A stretch of 64,000 nucleotides of DNA from an uncultured Verrucomicrobiae bacterium (GTDB taxonomy: Bacteria > Verrucomicrobiota > Verrucomicrobiia > Chthoniobacterales > Terrimicrobiaceae): the NCBI GenBank assembly GCA_963706955.1, contig CAVPOC010000008.1, positions 640,001 to 704,000 of the forward strand. Reading direction: 5' to 3'. The notes beneath the pieces were generated by a model. It was given only the letters and a program-made list of their open reading frames with translations, had not been told where the DNA came from and ran no database searches. The position numbers were made by a program, and so were the translations under genes. This document shows, one piece after another, positions 56,214 through 64,000 of this stretch. Position 1 is the stretch's first letter. The number at the start of each line of letters is the position of its first letter.

Positions 56214-57142
56214 TCCTGTTCTTCGGCGTGGGTCACCTCGGCAAAGACCTGTTCCAAGGTGGCACTTCGGCGGGTTAACTCACGGACGGGCCAGCCCTCC
56301 TTGACGGCAAACGCATGCACAATTTCGCGGGGATCGCTCTCGACATGAAGCGTAAAGCGCGTCCAATCTCCCAGCTTCTTTTGGACGGCATCTTTCACAC
56401 CGTGCAAGGCCCGCAGCTTGGCGATGGCGTGAGGGTCCTCCGTCCGAGCTTCCAAAATAACTTCCCCCTCCGATCCCACGCGTGAACGCAAATTTTCGGG
56501 AGTATCAAGAACCTCAATGCGGCCCTTGTTAATAATGATGACGCGCGAGCAAGTCATTTCCACCTCCGAAAGGATGTGGGTTGAGAGGAGAATCGTATGA
56601 TGCCGGCGCAGGTTCTTGATGAGCTCACGCACTTGACGGATTTGATTCGGATCCAAACCGATCGTGGGCTCGTCAAGAATCAGGAGCTCCGGTTCGTGGA
56701 TCATCGCGTCCGCCAGGCCAACCCGCTGGCGGAACCCCTTTGACAAGGTGGAAATCATTTTTCGCTCCACCTCGGCCAAACCACAAAGGTCCGACACATC
56801 CGCGAGACGCTCCTTGACTCGACGGCCGGGAACGCCTTTGAGAGCCGCGCGAAATGCGAGATATTCGTTGACCCGCATGTCGTGGGGCAGCGGAACATGC
56901 TCCGGCATGTAGCCGATATGCTCCCGCGCCCGTAGCGACTCTCTAAAGACGTCGCACCCAGCCACTTCAGCGCGTCCCGACGTGGGCGGAAGGTAGCATG
57001 CCAGCATTCGCACTGTCGTGCTCTTGCCCGCGCCATTCGGCCCGAGCATTCCGACAATCTCCCCCTTTTCGACCTCGAAATCGATCGCGTCGACTGCCGT
57101 AACGCTGCCATACCGCTTGGTGAGCCGTTCAACTTTGATCAT
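56210..57142 (-). CDS. ABC transporter ATP-binding protein (GldA-like)
   Basis: GPNGAGKST, LSKGFRQRVGLA, LILDEPT, STHILSEV. Confidence 0.95.
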   Translation of the reverse strand: MIKVERLTKRYGSVTAVDAIDFEVEKGEIVGMLGPNGAGKSTTVRMLACYLPPTSGRAEVAGCDVFRESLRAREHIGYMPEHVPLPHDMRVNEYLAFRAALKGVPGRRVKERLADVSDLCGLAEVERKMISTLSKGFRQRVGLADAMIHEPELLILDEPTIGLDPNQIRQVRELIKNLRRHHTILLSTHILSEVEMTCSRVIIINKGRIEVLDTPENLRSRVGSEGEVILEARTEDPHAIAKLRALHGVKDAVQKKLGDWTRFTLHVESDPREIVHAFAVKEGWPVRELTRRSATLEQVFAEVTHAEEQE

Positions 57143-57338
57143 CTCGGGAGTTGTTCCGTTTAGCGCGAGATCTCTTCGCTTTCAAGTGACACCGTTTCAA
57201 ATCGCCGATGCCACAAGCATTTGCCACCAATCCGACAACACTGCCTGCTTGCGAAAATGCAATTCTTCCCTCACACTGAAACTTCCCTATGAAGCGACCC
57301 ATCGCCGCGATCGAGGGACACTAACCTAGCCATTGCAT

Positions 57339-60087
57339 ATGAGGTACTTTTACCGCCCGGTGGAGCGAGGGACTGATTGACGATAACTATGAACGCTGGC
57401 GCTCCAATCCTCAATCTGTCGATCCCGATTGGGCGGCTTTTTTCGAGGGTTTCGAGCTGGGTTTTGCGAAAAGCGAAGAAAATGGAGAAACTGCGACCGC
57501 AGAGTCCACACCCGGAACGCTGCCCGACAGCAGCCTGCAAACGCGAGTCGAGGCGCTCGTTTATGCCTACCGCACCCTTGGTCACACCATCGCAGATCTC
57601 GATCCCCTTGACCTCCTCAAACGCTCCAACCCTCTCCTGAGTCTCAAGGAGCTCGGTTTTGAGGAAAGGGAGCTCGATTTGGTCGTCTCCTCACGCTTCT
57701 TCAGAGAAGGCAAGAAGATGAAGCTGCGCGAGATGATTCGCGAGCTCGAGGCAAACTACTGCGGCACAGTTGGCGCGGAATTCATGCACATCCAAAACCC
57801 GCGCATGCGCACGTGGGTGCTTTATAAACTGGAAAATCGTGACGCTTCCTTGCGGACCGACGCGGCCGTTCACCGCGATATCCTCCGCAAGCTCTACGAA
57901 GCCGAGACCTTTGAGAATTTCCTCCATACAAAGTACGGCGGAAAGCGCTTCTCCCTTGAAGGCGGTGAAGCCTTGATCCTGGCTCTCGATACGATCGTCC
58001 AGAACTGCGAGCGGCGTGGGATTAGGGAGATCATCATGGGCATGGCGCACCGCGGCCGGCTGAACGTTCTCGCCAATGTCCTCAACAAGCCGCTGGACGT
58101 TATCTTCAATGAGTTCCAGGGAAATTTTGCGCCGGACTCGGTTGGTGGAAACGGCGACGTGAAATATCACCTCGGTTATCGCAATGTTCGGAAGACCGCC
58201 ACCGGATATGAGGTGGAAATCAATCTGGCGGCCAATCCCAGCCATCTTGAAGCCGTCGATCCGGTGGTCGAGGGTAAGGCCCGTGCACGTCAGCGTGTCC
58301 TTGACGATACCGCCTACCGCAAAAAGGTGGTTCCGATTCTCATCCATGGAGACGCGGCTTTTATTGGCCAGGGTGTGGTTGCCGAAACTTTCAACATGTC
58401 GCAGCTCCCGGGCTATTCCACTGGCGGGACCATCCATTTCGTCGTCAATAACCAGATCGGCTTCACGACCCTGCCAGCCGATTCTCGCTCGAGTGAATAT
58501 TGCACGGAGATCGCCAAAATGGTCGATGCGCCGATCTTCCATGTGAACGGTGAAGACCCGATCGCGGTCATGGAGATGTCTAAGATCGCATTGGAATTTC
58601 GCCACGAGTTCGGTCGCGACGTTGTCGTGGACATCTATTGCTACCGGCGCCATGGGCACAACGAGGGCGACGAACCCGCCTTTACCCAGCCTGACCTCTA
58701 CGGCCGGATCAAGAATCATCCGCTGCCCAGCGAAGTCTTTTTGAACCAGATTGCTTCGCTCGCGACGCTTTCCGCCGAGGAAGCTGCGGCCCTCAAAGCG
58801 GAATCGCTTAAGGAGCTGGACGATGCCCTCTCGCAAGTCAAGCTGGCTGCCGCCGAGAAGGCAAAGGCGCATGAATTTGCGGGATCTACCGCTATTTTCC
58901 AGCCACCGTACTCGCACGCGCCGATTACCACTGCGATCACCAAGGAGACTCTCGATACGGTCGCCAAGGCGCTGACCACGGTCCCGGAAGACTTCCGCGT
59001 GCTCCCGAAGATTAAGCGAATCCTGCTCGAGCGCCGCCTGCAAGTCTGGAAGGCAGGCGGCCCCTACAACTGGGCTTTTGGCGAGGCGCTCGCTTTCGGC
59101 TCCCTCTTGCTGGAAGGCACTCCGGTGCGGCTGTCGGGTCAGGATAGCCGCCGCGGCACCTTTAGCCAACGCCACAGCGTCCTGTATGATGAGGACAACC
59201 GGCAACGCTATATTCCTCTGAACCATCTTCGCCCAAATCAGGCTCGCTTTTGCGTCTATAACAGCCCCCTTTCCGAGTACGCGGTACTCGGATTCGATTA
59301 CGGCTATTCGATGGACTTCCCGTCGCAGCTCTACCTTTGGGAGGCTCAGTTCGGCGACTTTGCCAACGGCGCTCAGATCATTATCGATCAATTTATCGCA
59401 CCATCGGAATCGAAGTGGCGCCGCCCAAGTGCGATCACCCTGCTCCTCCCTCACGGCTATGAAGGGCAGGGTCCCGAGCATTCGAGTGCTCGTCTCGAGC
59501 GGTTCCTGCAACTTTGCGCGGAAGAGAACATGCAGGTCTGCTACCCGACCACACCCGCGCAATACTTTCACGTTCTGCGCCGCCAGATGCATCGCAAGTA
59601 CCGAAAGCCGCTGATCCTGATGACTCCAAAGAGCCTGCTCACACACGAGCAAGCCGTCTCTACCGAGTCGGATTTCACCGACTCGCGCTTTTTCGAGATC
59701 CTGACGGATTCCGAGGCCTCCGCAAAGAAAGTTGAGCGTGTGATCTTCTGTTCGGGCAAGGTGTATTACGACCTCGTCAAATATCGGAAGGAAAACAACC
59801 TCACCGATGCGGCCGCGATCATTCGCATCGAGCAGCTCTATCCGCTCTACAAGGAAAAGGTCGCCCGCCTGGTGAAGCCCTTCATCAATGCCAAGAAATT
59901 CATCTGGTGTCAGGAGGAGCCCGAGAACATGGGCGCTTGGACGTTTGTCCTCCCGCAACTGCTAAACCTCTTCCCCGGCTACATCCACTATGCTGGTCGT
60001 CCGGCAAGTGCCAGCCCGGCAACGGGAACCATCCAAGCCCACCAGGCGCAGCAGGCCGCCCTCGTCAAGCAGGCCTTCGAAGTCTAG
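57339..60087 (+). CDS. sucA: 2-oxoglutarate dehydrogenase E1 component, with an apparent indel just after the start codon
   Basis: Frame open from 57343 (GTFTARWSEGLIDDNYERW...WAAFFEGFELG...AYRTLGH); KRFSLEGGE, GMAHRGRLN, HGDAAF.GQG, RLSGQD, LPHGYEGQGPEHSSAR; ATG at 57339 is out of frame by one base. Confidence 0.95.
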
Positions 60088-60105
60088 TAGTCCTCATCCC
60101 CCTTT

Positions 60106-61227
60106 ATGAACGTCGAAGTCAAAGTTCCTACGGTTGGCGAGTCCATCACCTCTGGTATTCTCTCCACGTGGCATAAGAAGGACGGCGAAGCCGTGGCCTC
60201 CGGTGACGTGCTCTTTACGCTGGAGACCGACAAAGTCTCTACCGAGGTAAATGCGCCCGAGTCGGGAATTTTGAGGACCCAAGTCGCTGAAGGAGACGAG
60301 GTCAAAATCGACCAGGTCGTTGCCATAATCGAACCCGGCGGGGCCCCGGCGGAGAAGTCCGCGGAGCCTGCCAAACCTGAGCCTGCGGCCGCAGCACCGC
60401 CAGCGGAAGCTCCGAAAGCTCCCCAAGCCCCACCGCCAACACCCGCGGCGCCGCCGCCAGCGCTTGCGGCTCCAGCTAGGAAAGAAGAAGCACCAGCGGC
60501 CAAACCAAAGATTGCTGCGCCGGATGATCCCCGCACGACGCGGAAGAAGCTGACACCGCTGCGCCGCAAGATCGCCGCCCAGTTGGTGATGGCTCAGCAC
60601 ACGGCTGCCATCCTTACCACCTTCAACGAGTGCGATATGAGCGGAGTCATGGCTCTTCGCAAACAAATGCAGGAGGAGTTTACAAAGAGACACGGAGTCA
60701 AGCTTGGCTTCATGTCTTTCTTCATTAAATCGGTGGTCGACGCACTCAAAGCGGTCCCGGCCATCAATTCGCGGATGGACGGAGACGATCTCGTCCAAAA
60801 CAAATACTACGACATTGGGGTGGCCGTCGGGACCGAGCGAGGGCTGATCGTCCCGGTGCTCCGCAACTGCGATGAGAAGTCTTTTAGCGAGATCGAGGGC
60901 GACTTGGTGGGATTTGCCGTCAAAGCCCGCGAGGGAAAAATCGGCCTCGATGACCTTCAAGGGGGCGTGTTTACCATCTCAAACGGAGGAGTCTACGGAT
61001 CGCTGTTGAGCACTCCGATCTTGAATCCGCCTCAAAGCGGCATCCTCGGCATGCACAAGATCCAGGAGCGCCCCGTCGCGGAGAAAGGCCAGGTTGTCAT
61101 TCGCCCCATGATGTTTTTGGCTCTGAGTTACGATCACCGGGTCGTGGACGGCAAGGAAGCTGTCACCTTCTTGATTCGCGTGAAGGACTGTATCGAGAAT
61201 CCCGCGCGACTCCTGCTCGGCACCTGA
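60106..61227 (+). CDS. sucB: Dihydrolipoyllysine-residue succinyltransferase (E2)
   Basis: Lipoyl motif ETDKV, Ala/Pro linker, [24 protein letters not shown]. Confidence 0.96.
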   Translation: MNVEVKVPTVGESITSGILSTWHKKDGEAVASGDVLFTLETDKVSTEVNAPESGILRTQVAEGDEVKIDQVVAIIEPGGAPAEKSAEPAKPEPAAAAPPAEAPKAPQAPPPTPAAPPPALAAPARKEEAPAAKPKIAAPDDPRTTRKKLTPLRRKIAAQLVMAQHTAAILTTFNECDMSGVMALRKQMQEEFTKRHGVKLGFMSFFIKSVVDALKAVPAINSRMDGDDLVQNKYYDIGVAVGTERGLIVPVLRNCDEKSFSEIEGDLVGFAVKAREGKIGLDDLQGGVFTISNGGVYGSLLSTPILNPPQSGILGMHKIQERPVAEKGQVVIRPMMFLALSYDHRVVDGKEAVTFLIRVKDCIENPARLLLGT

Positions 61228-61382
61228 TGCGGGTGCGGAGAGCAAGGTGGTAGAAGCTGGCGCACGTTCGCATCTCGATCGCGTGGAGCCCCAGCCTGCC
61301 GCGCACGATGCTCGCCATTGGTTGCAGTAAATGAATTGGCAAGACTCAGCGCCCGCGATATACCAGCCCGCGTATTGTATTT

Positions 61383-61448
61383 TGCGGTAGCGGTATCCCC
61401 GCCGCCGTGGGATCAAAGTTTTTCGGCCGTGAGGACACGGTCGCCACA
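61383..61448. repeat. Second, more degenerate inverted REP pair of the same family as 16412-16484
   Basis: Minus strand TGTGG-CGACCGTG-TCCT-CACGGCCG (61424-61448); plus strand degenerate TGCGG-TAGCGGTA-TCCC-CGCCGCCG (61383-61407). Confidence 0.65.
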
Positions 61449-61469
61449 AAAAGGGTCTGCTTCTGCAGG

Positions 61470-62774
61470 ATGAAAGTCATTCGTCATTACGATTCGGGTT
61501 ACGCCAAGTTCCTCAAGCAACTGAACCGTCGTCCGATACCCGACGCGGAAGTTAGCAAGACCGTATCTGAAATCCTCCAGGCAGTCGGCCAGGAAGGGGA
61601 TTCAGCGCTGATACGTTTCACCGAAAAGTTCAGCGGACCGCGTTTGAAGACGGCGCAGCTTCGCGTCGACTCCGATGAACTCGCCGCTGCACGCGCGGCT
61701 CTGCCCCGGGAGGTTAGGGAAGCGATCCGTTCGGCCAAGAGAAACGTCCGCGCGTTTGCCCGACGAAGCCTTCGCAAGAGCTGGTTCATGAGGAACAGGC
61801 AAGGCGCGATTGTCGGCGAAAGATTTGACGCGTTTCGCCGGGTTGGAATTTATGTCCCGGGCGGCACCGCCCCGCTAGTTTCGACGGCGGTAATGACCTG
61901 CACACTCGCCCAGGCAGCCGGTGTGCCAGAAATCGTTGCGGCAACACCACCGAGAGCAGACGGATCACTGCAAGACGCCTTGCTGGGCGCTCTCGCCGAA
62001 TGCGGCGCCACCGAAGTTTATCGTGTCGGAGGCGCGCAAGCTATCGCTGCACTTGCCCTCGGCACCGCGACAATCCCCTCGGTGGACAAAATTTTTGGCC
62101 CGGGCAATGCCTTTGTCATCGAAGCCAAACGCCAGGTTTTTGGAACTGTTGGCGTCGACCTTCTCCCTGGCCCAAGCGAAATCCTTATCATCGCTGATGA
62201 ATCTGCCGAGCCGGACTGGATCGCAGCCGACTTGCTCGCCCAGTCTGAGCACGGGAAAGGCAGTATCGCAATCCTCTTGACCGACTCGAGCCGCGTGCTC
62301 GATGCCGTAGCTGCTTCTCTCCGGAGGCAAGTTAATCTCTCGGGACGAAGGAATGAGCTCGGCCTCGCCTTGAGGAATGCGAAGCTTGTTTTGGTTCGCG
62401 AACTGAAAGAGGCTGTAGCCCTCGCCAATGAATTCGCCGCCGAGCATGTAGCCATTGCCACGAAGCGGCCTGGCGAAATTGCTCTGGGACTCACAACCTC
62501 AGGAGCGATTTTCATGGGATCGATGTCGCCGGTTGTCGCAGGAGATTTTCTCGCCGGTCCGAGTCATGAGCTTCCCACGGGGGGTGCTGGAAAAGGCTTT
62601 GCCGGCCTGACTGCCGATCAGTTCCAGCATCGCACCAGCGTAGTCATGTTCGACGAACCTTCACTCCGCGCGTCGTTGCGCACGATCGAAACCTTCAGCA
62701 AAGTCGAAGGACTCGATGCCCACGCACGTTCGGCCTCAATTCGACTCCGCGACGGCCAAGGGAAAGTCCCCTAA
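61470..62774 (+). CDS. hisD: Histidinol dehydrogenase
   Basis: VGIYVPGG, GGAQAIAA, GPGNAFV.EAK, GPSE, QSEH, GPSHELPT; ATG 61470. Confidence 0.95.
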   Translation: MKVIRHYDSGYAKFLKQLNRRPIPDAEVSKTVSEILQAVGQEGDSALIRFTEKFSGPRLKTAQLRVDSDELAAARAALPREVREAIRSAKRNVRAFARRSLRKSWFMRNRQGAIVGERFDAFRRVGIYVPGGTAPLVSTAVMTCTLAQAAGVPEIVAATPPRADGSLQDALLGALAECGATEVYRVGGAQAIAALALGTATIPSVDKIFGPGNAFVIEAKRQVFGTVGVDLLPGPSEILIIADESAEPDWIAADLLAQSEHGKGSIAILLTDSSRVLDAVAASLRRQVNLSGRRNELGLALRNAKLVLVRELKEAVALANEFAAEHVAIATKRPGEIALGLTTSGAIFMGSMSPVVAGDFLAGPSHELPTGGAGKGFAGLTADQFQHRTSVVMFDEPSLRASLRTIETFSKVEGLDAHARSASIRLRDGQGKVP

Positions 62775-62777
62775 ACC

Positions 62778-63614
62778 GTGATCTGGAAACTGAGGCGACA
62801 CTCGTTCGACCTGACTCGGCGAGGGGTCATCATGGGCGTGCTTAACGTCACACCCGATTCGTTTTCCGATGCCGGTAAATTTCTTGAATCGGAAGCCGCC
62901 ATCGCCCACGCCCTGCGCATGGAGTCAGAAGGTGCCGAGATCATCGACATCGGTGGAGAGTCTACGCGGCCGGGAGCCGAGCCAGTCGAAGCCGAAGAGG
63001 AACTTCGGCGGATCATTCCCGTAATCGAAGGTCTCCGGGCGCGCAGCCAGGTGGTCATTTCCATCGACACCTCAAAAGCGGCCGTCGCCGAGGCAGCCAT
63101 CGAGCTCGGCGCCGAAATCATCAATGATGTCACCGCGCTGCGCGGCGACCCACGCATGCCAGTAGTGGCGGCCAAATCCGGCGCCGGAGTCGTTCTGATG
63201 CATATGCAAGGAGAGCCGCGCACGATGCAGGAAAAGCCCGACTACAAGGATGTCACCGCAGAGGTGGCTGAATTCCTTAGACAGCGCGTTTCGGTCGCGA
63301 TAGGCTACGGGATGGCCGCGGAACGGATGGCGATTGATCCAGGGATCGGTTTTGGGAAAACGGCAGAACACAACGCGGCTTTGCTCCGATCGCTGGACCG
63401 AGTCGTTCAAATAGGCCCGCCGGTGCTGATAGGTGTCTCGCGGAAATCGTTCCTTCGCTGGCTCGCGCAGGCGCCCTCCACTACCGAGAGGTTTTGGCCA
63501 GGAATTGCCCTCACCAGCTTTTGCCGAGAGAAAGGCGCACGCCTCTTTCGGGTTCATGATCCCAAGCCTCACCGGGAGGCTCTACGAATGACCGAAGCAA
63601 TTTGCCTGGGCTGA
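62778..63614 (+). CDS. folP: Dihydropteroate synthase
   Basis: MGVLNVTPDSFSD, DIGGESTRPG, SIDT, LMHM, DPGIGFGK, SRKS, RVHD. Confidence 0.97.
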   Translation: MIWKLRRHSFDLTRRGVIMGVLNVTPDSFSDAGKFLESEAAIAHALRMESEGAEIIDIGGESTRPGAEPVEAEEELRRIIPVIEGLRARSQVVISIDTSKAAVAEAAIELGAEIINDVTALRGDPRMPVVAAKSGAGVVLMHMQGEPRTMQEKPDYKDVTAEVAEFLRQRVSVAIGYGMAAERMAIDPGIGFGKTAEHNAALLRSLDRVVQIGPPVLIGVSRKSFLRWLAQAPSTTERFWPGIALTSFCREKGARLFRVHDPKPHREALRMTEAICLG

Positions 63615-63647
63615 GATGCAATTGCTTACATTTTGCGCTAAATTCCA

Positions 63648-63730
63648 AGCAACGACGCCTCACTTCTCCACATTGCCGCTTGCTGATCGCGGAGGTAACC
63701 GCAACGGAGAGGGTGAGGGCTTCGTTGGCT
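63648..63730. repeat. Long imperfect intergenic hairpin (CCTCAC..TCTCC / GGAGAGGGTGAGG type)
   Basis: CAACGACGCCTCACTTCTCC pairs with GGAGAGGGTGAGGGCTTCGTTG. Confidence 0.5.
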
Positions 63731-63769
63731 CGCCGAGAGCTTCGACTATCAACATCGGACCAAATGTGA

Positions 63770-64000
63770 ATGCTTGAAACTATCGGAAAATTTGTCGCGC
63801 AGTATTGGCGGATTCCTGTCGAGATCGGCATTCTCGCAGCCGTCCTCTACTACATCTACATCTATCTGCGCGGCACGCATGGCGCACGCATCCTCATCGG
63901 GCTCGCGCTCCTCTTTCTTACCCTGACCTTTCTTTCTCAGCTCTTCAACCTGGCTGTTATAGGCTGGATTCTGCGCAGCCTCTCCGTCTTTCTTGCCATC
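63770..64000 (+). CDS. cdaA: Diadenylate cyclase CdaA, N-terminal membrane part (runs off the window edge)
   Basis: Manual translation MLETIGKFVAQYWRIPVEIGILAAVLYYIYIYLRGTHGARILIG...LFNLAVIGWIL; typical CdaA TM region with RGT motif, downstream of folP; catalytic domain not visible. Confidence 0.75.
   Translation, partial: MLETIGKFVAQYWRIPVEIGILAAVLYYIYIYLRGTHGARILIGLALLFLTLTFLSQLFNLAVIGWILRSLSVFLAI

Noticed and set aside
10494..57345. Programmed frameshifting or genome decay as the cause of the indels
   Set aside because: No slippery sites or other lesions; the genes are otherwise intact and a tRNA homopolymer is also short, so consensus error is simpler
57922..57960. SucA motif HTKYGGKRF appears one residue shorter than the usual HxKYxGQKRF
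   Set aside because: In frame; cannot separate natural variation from error without alignment or reads
57691..59958. Long antisense ORFs (755 aa opposite sucA; also 27138-28760 opposite glnD and 7303-8295 opposite zwf)
   Set aside because: Shadow frames of GC-rich conserved genes with no recognisable motifs
60340..60520. Pro/Ala-rich low-complexity stretch in sucB
   Set aside because: Normal flexible E2 linker
63648..63730. c-di-AMP (ydaO) riboswitch upstream of cdaA
   Set aside because: Conserved ydaO motifs are not recognisable
1..64000. CRISPR array, prophage, IS elements
   Set aside because: No regularly spaced direct repeats, phage genes or transposases seen

Overview
A gene-dense, moderately GC-rich bacterial chromosomal segment made mostly of housekeeping genes: purB (partial), zwf-opcA, thiD, prmA, a two-domain ndk, rplU-rpmA, tRNA-Leu(GAG), hisC-mnmE-pyrD-mqnD, hisG, glnD, ispE, pyrF, yajQ, tatD, guaA-coaD, rpmF-plsX-fabH, aat, alaS, a Gld-like ABC module, sucAB, hisD-folP-cdaA (partial). 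Protein styles suggest Verrucomicrobiota (inference, no search run). No transposase, integrase, prophage or CRISPR array was seen. Two things stand out. First, a five-gene MNIO (DUF692) RiPP operon of the bufferin type at 35244-39598: a secreted six-Cys precursor, DUF692, DUF2063, DoxX and a tightly coupled secreted thioredoxin/DUF255 protein, with no adjacent ECF sigma factor. Second, a 1246-aa membrane kinase (968-4708) with the order PAS-like, degenerate class III cyclase, Ser/Thr kinase, TM, coiled coil, TPR, LRR. Smaller items: a 34-aa bS22/AURKAIP1-like gene missed by the ORF track, a truncated nucleotidyltransferase-like remnant fused behind prmA, GTAG-type REP doublets, heptamer repeats, probable leaderless promoters, and four small indels (yugP-like gene, tRNA-Leu, plsX, sucA) that are most likely assembly errors. 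All family assignments are from motif recognition only.
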